Shown: piece by piece, positions 24,619-38,600 of the stretch
How positions within the stretch are numbered: the stretch's first letter is position 1
Layout of the letters: each line of letters opens with the position of its first letter
Assembly: GCA_951406725.2 (NCBI GenBank)
Contig: OX597826.1
Location: 38,440,001 to 38,504,000, forward strand
Source of the DNA: Octopus vulgaris
Lineage: Eukaryota
Reading direction: 5' to 3'
Length of the DNA: 64,000 nucleotides
The notes under the pieces: generated by a model
Seen by the model: the letters and a program-made list of their open reading frames with translations, nothing else
What the model was told of the DNA's origin: nothing
Database searches by the model: none
Position numbers and translations under genes: made by a program

Positions 24619-26995
24619 TTAAATAAGAATGTTGTTGACAGTGACTTCGAAGTTGCAGTCAGTCAAGCCACATACATGTCTGTATGTGCCCATACCCATC
24701 TATAGTGTGGTATACCAATAGCTGGAACCTTTCACACTGTGTGTGTGTATGTGTATGTGTGAATGGATGTGTGCATATACCTACCTACAGTGTGTGTCAT
24801 TCCACCAGCTGTTGCCAGCTTTCACAATACCATCCAAAACAATTTGTAAAACAAGATTAAATCCATTGGTTCTGAGATAAAGGGAGTCCTGAACTTTCAC
24901 AGACGACCATTCCTTGAAGAAATGACAACAGCTGTGCTGGAACACTGTGACTTCGGTCAGTTGTTTGACAAAACTTCTCAGCAACTTGCAACAAGTCCAC
25001 ACGCATAGACCAGACCCACAGTCCAGGTCCACATGCAAGTCAAAACTCTCTCACACCTCCCCCTCTATGTCTAATGATGAAGACGACGAGATTATTACAT
25101 TTGCAGATTTTTTTTCTATGTAGGTTTCACACCTAAGAATGTTAAACTCAATCATTTATAATACAAAACAAGAATACTACACAGTCAATCGAGAGAGAGA
25201 GAGAGAGTGTGAAAGAGTCAATAACTAATCAATGCTTAGCATTTGTTTAGTAGGGCTTTCTTATATAAATCAATAGAGCAGCCATCATCATCATCATCAT
25301 CAGCCTCTTTAGTGTATTTTAAAATCTATATCCCAGATGAACTCGATCGTGAAAAACACTGTACTCTACCGTTACTACAACAATAACAACAAGCATGACT
25401 GAAGAATGGCAGAGTTACACACACACATAGATATGTGTGTGTGTGTGTGTGTACAAAACAGCAACTAAATGTAAAAGTGGGGGGAGGGCAACTGTAAATA
25501 CTATAAAATCAATTAATCACTCAATAATGAGTTAAGTGTAAAAGTCTCAAGGGTTTTTGCATTGTTTCTGTGTGTGTGTGTGTGTGTGTGTGTTTTGGGA
25601 GAAGGGGAAGGTAGAGTGTTCAGGTCATCCTCACCCTACCACCTCTCTTCAACAACCAAGCAACGGCTTATCACACTCTGTTTGGCCAGAGAAACTAAGG
25701 CGAGCATTGATAAGCAATCCTATAGAACCGGAACTCCGTCGGTTACAACTACCAGGATTCCTGTTGATCTGATCAATGGAGCAGCCAGCTCGTGAAATTC
25801 ACATGAAATTGGCTGAGTACTCCACAGACACAGAATGTGACAAGGCTGGCCCTTTGATGTACGACACAGAATGTGACAAGGCTGGCCCTTTTGAAATTAT
25901 GGGTACAACTGAGCGTGGCTATTCGCCAGCCTCGTCTGGCACCTGTGTCGGTGGCACGTAAAAAGCACCCACTACCCTCACGGAGTGGTTGGCGTCAGGA
26001 AGGGCATCCAGCTGTAGAAACACTGCCAGATCTGACTGGAGCCTGGTGCAGCCTTCGGCCTTCCCAGACCCCAGTTGAACCGTCCAACCCATGCTAGCAT
26101 GGAAAGTGGACGTTAAACGATGATGATGAACTCATTGGAATGGAGCAATGTGAAATGAAATGTCTTGCTCAAGAACACAACATGTCACTGGGAAGTGAAC
26201 TCCTGACCAAACCACTAAGCTACACACCTTAACTTAAGCCACACACACATCTATATTACTTGCACTGTTATAATACTCTGCTGAAGACTAGGTTTTTGGA
26301 TACAATAGCACCATATTCATAGTAATAACCAGCCTTATTCTGAGTGTAGAAAAGTGTCAGGAGTGGAAAAGAATTTATATATCATGAGGGTACAAAGAGA
26401 ATATTACAAGAGGTTCCAACCCACTAAACCGATCAAACATGGAGCAGTAGGTTCAAATAGAGGAAAAGTACCTTAATCTGTGAGAAACAAAAACAGAAAC
26501 CTTGTTGAGGAATTCCTAGGGTTGAAGAAAATAGCTGAGACAGCGAATAATGATGGACTATCGGGTTGTTGTTGTTTAGCCCCAGGTCAGTCCTGATCGA
26601 GCATATCTATGCCACTAATTAGTTGTAGAAATGGTGTTTCTCAAGACAGCAACTAAAGAATACATTAATCCTACAAAGATTTGGAAACGAAAATGTTTTA
26701 GGATTAAATTGTCATTTCCAATAAATTATTTAGTTATAGAATTTTACATTTTGAGTTCAAATTTAGCTGAAGTAAATTTGGTCTTTTACCCTTCTGGATC
26801 AATAAAATATCACTCAAGCACTGGTAAGGATTTAATCAATAACTACATAACTCCAACCCCTGCACATATGTTCAAAATCAATAAGTCATGTATTAGAAAT
26901 CAATAAATTTTTCTAAGCAATTTTACTTTTCCTTTGTCTCAGCTGGTCAATGGATATATTTTATACTAGAATAAGACTTAGTTAAGATTATAAGG

Positions 26996-27039
<44 letters not shown>

Positions 27040-27041
<2 letters not shown>

Positions 27042-27560
27042 GAAAACTCACAACTTATTTTGCTGGGTATGATGGAAAGTGTCAGCTGTCCACATACAGC
27101 AGACTAAGGTGACACTTGTTTACTGGTCATGCTTCAAGAACCCTGCAAAGAATTCTTGCAGTTCTAAGCAATGCTGATTTTTGTTGGTGTTCCACTTTCA
27201 CACTTGCACCAATCTCTTTCAGCTATGCTGGTAGTTGAGTGCTGATACTCTCAAGTACACCAATTACTATTGGTATCACGCCTACTCTCTTCGTTGACCA
27301 CAACCTTTGTATTTCCCACTTAAAATCATCATAGCTGTTTATTTTTTTCTTCTTCTTTCACATGGATCCTCTTGTCATCGGGGCATGTTATGTCAATTAT
27401 CACACATGTTCTTTATTTTTTATTCACCACAGCAATGTCTGGTTTCCAATGTCTGGTCAGGTGACCACAATGGATCATTGCATCCCACATGATTTTGCAA
27501 TTCTCATTTTTGGTGACTCCTAGAGTTTTCTCATACCACATCTTTGCTCTTTGTATTGTC
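27040..27560 (-). mobile_element. RLE-encoding non-LTR retrotransposon 3' fragment (R2/R4 group)
   Basis: Minus strand WYEK...KIMWDAMIHCGHLTRHWKPDIAVVNKK and LWSTKRVGVIPIVIGVLESI...QKSALLRTARILCRVLEA*; ends in (TAA)n at ~26997-27038. Confidence 0.8.
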
Positions 27561-27570
27561 ATTATTATTA

Positions 27571-27875
27571 TAGACATTGCACAGTATACAATGTTGTGAG
27601 ATTGTTGATTGAAGATATTGTGTCTACTGGGGGATGTACTGTTTGTCAAGTCACAACAAGGACCTCAGACAGACAGTACAATATGCATGCAGTTCCAAGT
27701 AAAGCCGACTTTTGCAAGAAATCTAGATTGTAGGGTATCTCTAAGGTTTTCAGATATTTTTTCAAATTGGGTGGTATTGAACCCAATGCTCCAATAACAA
27801 TAGGGATAACCTTTACATTCGACTCTCATAGCTGCCACATCTTGGCAATCTCTATTCCCAGGTCTCCATATTAAT
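27571..27875 (-). mobile_element. Second RLE-type LINE 3' fragment
   Basis: Minus strand YGDLGIEIAKMWQL*ESNVKVIPIVIGALGSIPPNLKKYL...LQKSALLGTACIL; bounded by (ATT)n tracts. Confidence 0.78.
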
Positions 27876-27881
27876 CAACTC

Positions 27882-27914
<33 letters not shown>

Positions 27915-28130
27915 GATGGCAAGCTGACAGAATCGTTAGCATACCAGGCAAAATGCTTAGCAGTATTTCATCCACCTTTACGTTCTGAGTTCAAATTCCA
28001 CCGAGGTCGACTCTGCTTTTCAACCTTTTGATAAAATAAGTACCAGTTGAGCACTAGGGGTACAATGTAATTGACTTATCCCCTACCTCCAAAATTGCTA
28101 GCTTTGAGCCAAAATTCCAAGCCATTATTA
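27915..28130 (+). mobile_element. tRNA-derived SINE family C
   Basis: GATGGCAAGCTGACAGAATCGTTAGC...GAGTTCAAATTCC...GAGGTCGAC...GATAAAATAAGTACCAG; related copies at ~34870-35060 (-), ~40760-40955 (-), ~41407-41630 (+). Confidence 0.75.
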
Positions 28131-29097
28131 TTATGGCGGCAAGCTTGCAGAATATTTAGCACACTGGACAAACTTCCAGCTCGTTACCTTTTGTGGTCCG
28201 TTTTACCTTTCATCCTTTTGTGGTCAATGAGCAAAAATACCAATCAAACATTGGGATTAATGAAACTGATTTACCCTTCCCCTAAAAATTGCTTTCATCC
28301 TATTGGAGTCGATGAAATAAGTACCAACTGTACACTGGGGTCAATGTAATCAACTTACACACCCACCCAAAATTTCAGTCCTTGTTTATTATTATCATGA
28401 TTATTATTATTATCCCCTATATGTTGACCCTGGTGACCAAGAAATGAAATAATAATAATAATGATTATTATTATCATCATTATAATCATCAGAGACATTG
28501 AACTAGAAGATACATTTCCCCCTACACACACACACACTAAATTCTTTGGATTATTTACTGGAATCCTTTCATGCTAAGCTCAAATTCTGTTGAGGTCAAC
28601 TATAGCTTTCCTTACTTGTTAGGTTGATTGACAAAACATCAGTCAACAAGTGTTGTCCCCTGCCAATGAACAAATATATATACACACACACACACTCAAT
28701 ACATATACAAGTATTTATACACACACACATAGAGACAGAAACACACACACGTAAGTGTACAATATATCAAAGTGTATAACATGGAATGCAATTGTGTTTA
28801 GCATCAATGAAAAAGCAAACCAAAATTTGATATATCAGAAAGTTTCAGACTAACAACATGCCAAGACATGTTGTAAGCAGTCAACCTATTATATGCGTAC
28901 ATACGTACGTACATACATACATACACACACACACATGCACACATCAACAGCAAATGTGAATGGGTATAGTATGAAACATGACCAGACTAAGTTGTTGCAT
29001 ATTTCTGACAATACACATACACACAGATACATACATGCATGTGTGTATATATATATATACACACACACACACACATGTACATGTGTGTGTGAGTGTG

Positions 29098-29146
<49 letters not shown>

Positions 29147-30445
29147 ACAGAAACAACTAATGAATACTTATGATTAATTAGATTAATTCTCATTTAAGAG
29201 ACAGTAAGTGGGGTCACAACAATGGCTGGATGCCTTTCCTGCCACCAACCTCCACCTGTTTCCAGGCAAGGTATTATTGCCCCATGGTCCGACATCACAT
29301 GATGTCAAGACAGGGAAACACACACACACACACATACATGCAATGGGTTTTTTTAGTTTCCATTTTTCCAAATTTGATGACAAGAATTTGTTCAGCCTGG
29401 GGTTAGAGTAAAAGACTTTTGCCCAAAATACCATGCATTGGGACTGAACCCAAAGCCATGTGACTGGGAAGAGAACTTCTTGACCACACAGCCACACCTG
29501 AATATTTCCCCAATTCCAACAAATGAACATAGGGTGTAATTTTGAGGGAGATTTGGTTGGTATTTCTAGCAGATCATGCAACCACTGAGAGACTCCTGCA
29601 CTGGTGATGCCTCTATGAAGTGGATGAAGTATGTTTCATTGATGTGTAGCTGTGAGTTAAATGACTTGACTAACGATAGAGAGGGAGAGGGAGAGTGGAT
29701 ACATAAGGCTATAAATGAGAAGCTAACACCACAACATTAATTAATGACTAATTAAAGCCAATGAAGGCATCTTTATGTAGTCATACAAGCTGCTAGAAAT
29801 AGCAGCTAAATCTCCCTCAAATTATACTATCATCATTATAATCATCATTTAATGTTCGTCTTCTGTGCTGGCATGGGTTGGATGGTTAAACAGGAGCTGG
29901 CAAGACCAGGGGCAGCACTAGGTTTCATTGTCCACTCTGGCAGGTTTCTACAGTTGGATGCCCTTCCTAATGCTAACCACTTCTCAGAATGTATTGCGTG
30001 CTTTTTACAAGGCACCAGTGGCTTTTGCATGGCACCATCACCAGTGCTTTTTATGTGGCACCAGCATCGACCAGGTCACCAAGTACTTTGCAAGACAAAA
30101 ATCCCTCAACTGGGAGGTGGGAGTTGTATTTGAAGGGGTGTGGCTTTACGCCAGTTGAGGTAAAATTCTCAACTTTAAATCAAGGGAACAGACATGGGTG
30201 TTTTGCTGTAGATACATGGATATCCCACACTAAATAATGTACTCCTAGATACTCTCTTCCTTCGAAAATATAAAAACACAATGTGATGGTCACTGTTAGA
30301 ACTCGTTTGATTACAGGCCTGCCAAAACAGGGTGACCTGGAGTGGTTCTCTGTAATTACTAAAACTGTTTATGTAATGGCATTTCTTAATTACATAAGTA
30401 TTTTTACAGTTAAGAACCTGCTCTGTAATTATACTAATTCAGTTT

Positions 30446-30476
<31 letters not shown>

Positions 30477-30737
30477 ATTGTTGGTAGGTGGGAGTTACCA
30501 CTGACCAGAACAAGAAAAAGACCACACACACATACATGTGTGTGTGATTTTATACATATATATATATATATCATCATCATCATCATCGTTTAACGTCCGC
30601 TTTCCATGCTAGCATGGGTTGGACGGTTCAACTGGGGTCTGGGAAGCCCGAAGGCTGCACCAGGCCAGTCAGATCTGGCAGTGTTTCTACAGCTGGATGC
30701 CCTTCCTAACGCCAACCACTCAGAGTGTAGTGGGTGA

Positions 30738-31066
30738 TTTTATGTGCCACCGACACAGGTGCCAGACGAGGCTGGCGAACGGCCACGCTTGGATGGTGTT
30801 TTTTATGTGCCACCGACACAGGTGCCAGACGAGGCTGGCAGACGGCCACACTCGGATGGTGTTTTTTATGTGCCACCAACACAGGTGCCAGACGAGGCTG
30901 GCAGACGGCCACGCTCAGATGGTGTTTTTTATGTGCCACCGACACAGGTGCCAGACGAGGCTGGCAGACGGCCACACTCGGATGGTGTTTTTTATGTGCC
31001 ACCAACACAGGTGCCAGACGAGGCTGGCAGACGGCCACGCTCGGATGGTGTTTTTTATGTGCCACC
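30738..31066. repeat. 63-bp tandem repeat (~5.2 units) inside a SINE family B copy
   Basis: TATGTGCCACC recurs at 30741, 30804, 30867, 30930, 30993, 31056. Confidence 0.95.
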
Positions 31067-32472
31067 ATATATATATATATATATATATATATTCGTCCAT
31101 ATTTAGTAGAACTACAGAGAACCGGTTTTATGGGGCAGATACATTATTGTTGTATAGATAAACCACAGACCCCCTGCTGTAAACAGCAAAACCAGCAAAG
31201 TCATTAATGTAACTGATAGGAGTTTCTTAGTCTGATGTAACAGACCAGAAATCCCTCCAAGAGGTCTGTAGAAAATAACAGAAATATATTTCAATGTAAA
31301 CATCTCCTAATATGAACATATAAATTTTATGCTACAAACAATATAAATCACACACACACACACACATGTATGTAGTATACATCATCATCATCATCATCAT
31401 CACCACTACCACTGCTATTATGTCAACTTTTCTGTGCTCACAATAGGTGGACAGGGCCTTTTGTTAGTATGTCTTCTAGTCTAGATGCTATATTTAAGGC
31501 CAATATTTATAATCAGTTTTATGGTATATCTTTCTTATATTATATTTTGATTATATTATAACATATATTTTATAATATATTATATCATTATTATAAGTTA
31601 TATCTTAATTATGTAACATTTTAATTCTATATTATTTTATATTTTAACAGCATACATATAAGATAAATAAAGAATTTGCTTCATGTATTTCAATATTAAA
31701 ACACTTTACTACAAAGAACTCCTCATTTTTCTATAGAATCACAAACCCATTTATATGTTTGATTACACACACACAAAGTGACACAACCTTATTTGTATCC
31801 TAGGTTACCAAGGGCAGACATCCCTCACACACCTGAGTGTGTAACCAAAGATACAAGTATGTGTGTAGTGTCAATATGGATATTAGTCAAAACAGAATTT
31901 TAAAGACAAGCTTTATAAAAGTTGACTTTTTTTTTTAAATCACTTGTAATAGAATTTTTTTAGCAGCTATCTTCACAATGACTGCTATATTTAATTACTC
32001 TATCTGTAAATCATGTTAATTATGAATTAATTAAAATTAAGAATAAAGGCTAAAATGCTGAAAATGAAAACTTGAAAAGATGTTGTTTACAGGTGACGTT
32101 TCATTAAAAATAATTTTGATAATTCATATAAACTTTAATCTTAAATCAGTTGAATCAAATTTTAAATATACATATATGAAATAACGGATTACATGGACTG
32201 AAATAAAACACTAATTGATTTACAACTAATTAACAGCCTAAATATAACGACATGCAACAAGACAACTGATTATCTTCACTGAAATAAAAGGTTAAATAAA
32301 TTTTCAACTAATTAATAAAATAACGATTGAGAAGCACAAATGAAGGAACAATTATTTGCTGGTTGAAATGAATTAATAAATATCTTGATAAACATCGTTA
32401 TAATTAATTAGTAATATATACATTTTTATTTATTATTATCTTTATAGATATTCCTCTAGATTATATGCACAC

Positions 32473-32897
32473 AGATGCAGGAGTGGCTGTGTGGTAAATA
32501 GCTTGCTTACGAACCACATGGTTCTGGGTTCAATCCCACTGCATGACACCTTGGGCAAGTGTCTTCTTCTATAGCCTCGGGCTGACCAAAGCCTTGTGAG
32601 TGGATTTGGTAGACGGAAAACAAAAGAAGCCTGTCGTGTGTGTGTGTGTGTGCGTGCGTGTATGTATGTATGTATGTACGTATGTATGTGTATACGTTTG
32701 TGTGTCTGTTTGTCCCCCAACATCGCTTGACAACCGATACTGGTGTGTTTATATCCCTGTAACTTAGCAGTTTGGCAAAAAATACTGATAGAATAAGTAC
32801 TAGGCTTACAAAAAATAAGTCCTGGGGTTGATTTGCTCGACTAAAGGCAGTGCTCCAGCATGGCCACAGTCAAATGACTGAAACAAGTAAAAGAAGA
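32473..32897 (+). mobile_element. SINE family A, full length
   Basis: tRNA-like head, body, internal (GT)n/(ATGT)n, 3' CAGTCAAATGACTGAAACAAGTAAAAG. Confidence 0.88.
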
Positions 32898-33837
32898 AAC
32901 ACACACACTTATATATACCACTAAATTGAAACTGCTTTTTACCTTCAGAAAACTTAAATATTGTTGTCAAACTTTTAAAACAATTGTAAAATACATTTTT
33001 GCTAACAAAATGAAAAAATAAAAAGAAAAAACAGAAACAAAGTTGGAATAATCAGAACGAGACATTTGAGAGAATGGTGATGCCATCAAAAAATATTACC
33101 GAGAAAGATGGTAAAATAAAAGTTCTTTATTAAACTATTCTAAGTTTATTTTTAAAGACTGAAATCTGAAGTTTAGTCTTGGTTTCCGCTACAAGACCAC
33201 ACTCGTTGTTGGTCAGCCATTAAGTCAAACACAAGAGAGATTTCACAACTTACCTCTAAAGTTTTCCAACTTTAGTTTTTGACAAAACAAAATTATTTAC
33301 AATTAAATAATAATAATAATAATAATTAATAATAATAATAATTGTTTTTTGGTACTTCTTTCACTAATTTATAAGAGTGTATCAATGGAGAAAAAGAAGA
33401 AAACAGCCACCTACCCATGAATGGTTTATGAATTGAATTGAAAATATCTTATTGCTAAGACAAAGTTCTTATTTAGTGGGATTGGCAGCGGGGTGGGGGC
33501 GGATATACGGAGATATGTAGTATGGAGTGAAGAATTCCTTTACATACCTACAAATATACACACTCACACACACGCAGACACACTCACTCACACACAGATT
33601 AGGGGGGAGAGAAAGGGAAGATATAAGAAGAGAATATAGAACAAACAATCAATAGAGAAAGGTTACAAGTTTGGACAAGCCCTCTCTTTCCTACAGAGCT
33701 TACTGCTGTAGAATAATAAATAATAATAATAATAACATTAACGAAAATGATCAAACATGTAAGGGAGGTAAGTCTATGATATAACAGTCACTGTTGACAA
33801 TACAATTTATTTATCCAGTGGTGGTGGTGATGATGGT

Positions 33838-33869
<32 letters not shown>

Positions 33870-34439
33870 CCTCAGGGGGCAATTAAAAAGGGGATAGAGT
33901 AGGAGGCCCTGGAATTTCCTGAGCTTTCAAAACATATTTGCATTTATTGAAGACTAACATTACTGCAAGTTACCTCTCCCCTCCTCCCCATACCTCTGCT
34001 CACCAACTTATCAACAGAAATATATTGGATAATGGAGTCCCAAAAGTTTGGAAACAAAAGATCGGAGGGATGGTCAAAGTTGGAATGTCATATCACAAAG
34101 TTGCTCAATCAGGGCCAACCCAGGTTTAAACAGCAACAACAACTGAAATATGGCAAGTTTAGAAAAACAAGTTTAAAGCAATTTTCAAAACTTGATTCTT
34201 GCTTCACAAAAAAAAATACGATGACCGATGAAGAATTCTGGCCGAATCACAAGAAGAATCAGTTAAGCATGATTTGTTGGGCTTAAAATATAAATTTGTA
34301 TGATAGACGTAAAGGTAGAGAGTTCTGTTTTCTCAGCAGTTTAGTTTGATGAAGGCCTTCTTCATGCCCTCTATGACCTTCATCAGGCCCTTGGTGACTT
34401 TCACAGGTCCCCAAGACATATGCAAGATCAACATGGTTA

Positions 34440-34790
34440 ACGTTCCTTTTTAATTAGTTGCATGATGATGAATGTAGGTAAAACACAGGCAGGGAGGGAA
34501 TTCCAGAACGGAGATGGGGTGGGGGAAAAAGGACCGAATGAAGTAATCCATGTAGAGCCTGAGGGAGAGGAGGAGATATGTGAGTGTGAGTTGAGAGGGC
34601 TTGGGTAGGGGTGGCATGAGGCCAGCCAGCAGAGACCATATTTTTTGTGGTAGTGGAAGAGAGAGAGAGAGAGAGAGAGGACACAGCACATCTGTGGCCA
34701 TTGTAGTAATGGTAGACATAGCAGAAGGAGAGGACACAGAAATGCTAAGGCACACAAGAGAACGAACTATATGCAGATTTGGGATGAAAG
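34440..34790 (-). mobile_element. Decayed CR1/L2-like LINE 3' remnant
   Basis: Minus-strand peptides YFIRSFFP and FWNSLP in adjacent frames, typical of CR1/L2 ORF2 C-termini. Confidence 0.45.
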
Positions 34791-35746
34791 TGTAGGAAAC
34801 TAAGGGTGTTGGGGGTCAAAGACTGACAAAGTACTGTGGTCATTTACTGATTTCAAATTTTGGGAAAAGGCATGGAATTTGGGGGAAGGGAGTAAGCCGA
34901 TTACACTGACCCCCACCCCACCTGTACTCAACTGGTACTTATTTTATTGACCCCAAAAGAATGAAAGGCAAAGTCAACCACAGTGGAATTTGAACTCAGA
35001 TATAAAGATGGACAAAACAGCACCGTGCAATTTGTAATGATTCTGCCAACTTGCGGCCCTACAATGGTCATATATTAGAAAGAATGTTAATTAGAATTAG
35101 TATTTAATGTTATATCACCTTAGACTGGGTCTTTGGATTGATTTATTTGTGAGACATTCCAAACAATATGCTAATTTCACTCAAGTACTCCATTAATTGT
35201 AGTTAGGTGTTTGGTAAGTAGAACTGCCATCGTGGGTCACATCTCGGTTTGGAACTGAAGTATTCCTTGGCCTTAGTCTTAGAGATCAGCAACACTGTTA
35301 CTGTGCATACTGTCTTCTTTCCTGTTGGATCGTTTGGCCCTTATTCTTTCAGTTCCTCCAATTCCCATAAGGTTTGTTCCTATTTCATGTACAATAAATC
35401 CTTACTCAATGCTGGTGAATTTCTTGGGAAATGTGACTTCAAATGAAACACTATCATCATCATCATTTAACATCCATTTTCCATGCTGGGATGAGTTGGA
35501 TGAATTTTTGACAGGAGCTGGTAAGGCCAGGATCCACACCAAGTTCTGTTGTCTGTTTTGGCATGGTCCCTACGGCTGGATGCCCTTCTTAATGCCAACC
35601 ACTTTACAGAGTAGACTCAATGCTTTTTATGTGGCACCATCACAATGTAAACAAAAAAAACAAACATTGAAACAAATTTAATCTAGATTCCAGGGTAAAT
35701 AAAGACACAGATTGTGCTATTCCCAAGGAAATTTAAATATATCTAA

Positions 35747-35784
<38 letters not shown>

Positions 35785-35821
35785 ACCAAATGTATATACC
35801 AAAACCAGAGCAAATCAATAC

Positions 35822-36048
35822 CTGTTCCTTAAAAGCCTCCAATTTACTTTCCAATAATTCTTTGTTATCTTTCAATTCTGTAACTTGTTCTTCATTTTCT
35901 GCAATCCGTTTATCGGCGGTTTCCAGCATATCTGCTATATATGGATCAGGAACTGGAGGCGGAGATGGTAAATCAGGTTCTGCTGGAGGTATCAGGCAAT
36001 CAACCACCATACGCTGCCGACGGAAGGGAATATTCTTCTTTTTGCCAC
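35822..36048 (-). CDS. CEP135: CEP135 coding exon 3
   Basis: tttttag|GT GGC AAA...GAA CAG|gtattg; 227 nt, phase 1-0; GGKKKNIPFRRQRM...PDPYIADMLETADKRI matches CEP135 'GGKKRSIAFRRQRM...DDPYIADLLQVADNRI'. Confidence 0.96.
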
Positions 36049-36110
36049 CTAAAAACCAGAAGAAAGCAAAGTTGTACACAGGACTTCCAGACAGAGAGAA
36101 GAAGTTGTGT

Positions 36111-36880
36111 CTTGTACTCGTCTTAGTCATTGGACTGCAGCCATGCTGGGGCACCACCTTCAAGGGTTTACTCAGAAAAATTGAATCCAGGACTTATTTT
36201 TTTAAGTATGGTATTTATTTTGTCAGTCTCTTTTGCAGAACACTGCTAAGTTACAAGGATGTAAACAAACCAACACCGGATGTCTAGATGTCAGGCAGTG
36301 GTGGGAGACAAACACAAACACATACACACACAAATATGTGTGTGTGTGTGTGTATTATATTTATATATACATACATGTATGTATGTGTATATATATATAT
36401 GGGGGGGGGTATATAGGCACAAGAGTGGGTGTGTGGTAAGATGCTTGCTTCCTAACCACAAGGTTCCAGGTTCGGTCCCACTGCATAGCACCTTAAGCGA
36501 GTGTCTTCTACTATAGCCTCGGGCTGACTAAAGCCTTGTGAGTGGATCTGATAAACAGAAACTGAAAGAAGCTCGTCAGATATATATATATACATAGTCC
36601 AACCCATGCTAGCATGGAAAACGGACGCTAAACGATGATGATGATGATGAATGATGATGTATGTATGCATTTGTGTGTCTGGGTTGGTCCTTCCACCATC
36701 GCTTGACAACTGATGCTGGTGTGTTTACATCCCCATCACCTAGCAGTTCGGCAAAAAGAGACAAATAGAATAAGTATTAGGCTTACAAAGAATAAGTCCT
36801 GGGATTGATTTGTATGACTAAAGGCTGTGCTCCAGCATGGCCACAGTCAAATGACTGAACCAAGTAAAATAATAAAAGAA
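36111..36880. mobile_element. Two opposed SINE family A copies (36111-36330 minus, 3' half; 36413-36880 plus)
   Basis: Reverse complement of the SINE 3' half starts ~60 nt from the exon 3 acceptor; the forward copy contains an inserted family B tail (36597-36660). Confidence 0.75.
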
Positions 36881-37170
36881 TATATATATATACATACATA
36901 CTGGCTTACACACACTTTCTGTCTATCAACGATGTTAAGTGGGCATTAAAACAATGATGATGAATATGTGACCCTGTGTGTGTATGTACATTTAATCATC
37001 ATCCTTTTAATGACGTCCACTTTTCTTATATTTGCATGTATCAGAGTTTCTTGAGGTAGAATTTCTACAGCCAGATGCCCTTCCTGTTGCTAAACAAGCT
37101 ATCTCCTTATAACCAGACATGTATACAAGGAAAACTGGAAATAAATAACACTGCTTGTATGATGGCAGTG

Positions 37171-37240
<70 letters not shown>

Positions 37241-37483
37241 AGTCTTTGATTATGTCTGGTAGCATGGTAGCATAAACAGGTCTGTTGAATTACATTTCTT
37301 TATATCAAAAACACAATTTAGTTATTTGAGAAACAGGATCAATAGAATAAGTTGGAGTTAATATGTGTAATTAAAACCCTTGGAAATAGGTGTTGTAGAA
37401 TGGCCACAGACCAATAACTGGAAACATTTAAAAGATTACATGTACAAGATTACATATATAAAGATGTATAAAAATCCACTGAC

Positions 37484-37651
37484 CTGGAGTTTGAACCACA
37501 GCATGGAAGTTTTTCTCTTGCAGTTGTTGAATTCTGTCTGATTTTTCTTTAGATTCTTTCTCCAATAACTTTATCTTATGTAAATATTGATTGTTTAAGA
37601 ACTTTATATCTGCAAGCGTGTGCTCAGATTTTCGCAGGGAAGACTTGAGAT
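37484..37651 (-). CDS. CEP135: CEP135 coding exon 2
   Basis: tttacag|AT CTC AAG...ACT CCA G|gtcagt; 168 nt, phase 1-1; DLKSSLRKSEHTLADIKFLNNQYLHKIKLLEKESKEKSDRIQQLQEKNFHAVVQTPG, a highly conserved CEP135 segment. Absent from the ORF track. Confidence 0.96.
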
Positions 37652-38600
37652 CTGTAAAGCAAAATATAGATATAACAATCTAAAATATAATTTCATTCTA
37701 CATTTAAGTGGCACTACTATCTCTAAAAATAACTGCTTCAGTGAGATGTCAACCATTGTGCATCCATCTGGACAGTGGCCATACTTGATATGTAAAGGGG
37801 GAGGTAGGAATACCAGAAGGTACACCTAATGTAAAGTATGGCTACACAAAATTCCTGACAGGCTGACAGAGAACTTCAAATATAGCAGATCACCATGTTG
37901 CACACATATGGTTGTGATGCATGTACCTGGTGTACCCTTATCAGACAGGTAGTCATGATGGGTATACTGGGTTTCATATATTTTACCCCAGTGTCACTTT
38001 GATGGAATGCACTACTCTCATTCAATAATATTAATAATAATATGACAAAGGACCGAGATACTGGGCACCTTGCAGTGCTCAAGAAGACCCAATACTCTAC
38101 GGCAGAGGTGTTAAAGTAACTCCCCTCAGTGAGGAGGACTACCCTACAAGACTCCTGTGCTGGTGCCATATAAAAGGCACTCATGCCAGTGCAATGTACA
38201 AATCGCTTGAGCCAGTGCCATGTAAGAGCACCCAGTAAACAACTGTAAAGCGGTTAGCATTAGGAAGAGCATCCAGCCGTAGAAACCGAACTAAATCAGA
38301 CAGGAACCTGATGCAGCTCTTCTGCTGACCAGCTCTGGACAAACCATTCAAACCTATACCAGCAGGGAAAGTGGACATTAAATAATGATGATAACGATGA
38401 TGAAGGTCAGAAAATTTGGTGGGAGAGCTTTGTCAATTACATCACCTCAACTGGTTCAAATAAATACCAGTTGAGTACTGGGGTTAAGGTAAATGGCTTT
38501 CTCTTCCTTCAAAATGGTTGGCCTTCTGCCAAAATTAGAAATAGTAATAACAATAATAATAATAATGATGATAATAACTGAGTTAACTATTTGTACAAAC

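Noticed and set aside
25825-25892. Short local duplications (also 39626-39668 and 42109-42145)
   Set aside because: Ordinary slippage-type duplications with no further structure.
30619-31207. Overlapping 120-180-aa repetitive ORFs
   Set aside because: Produced by the 63-bp tandem repeat in a SINE; no coding evidence.
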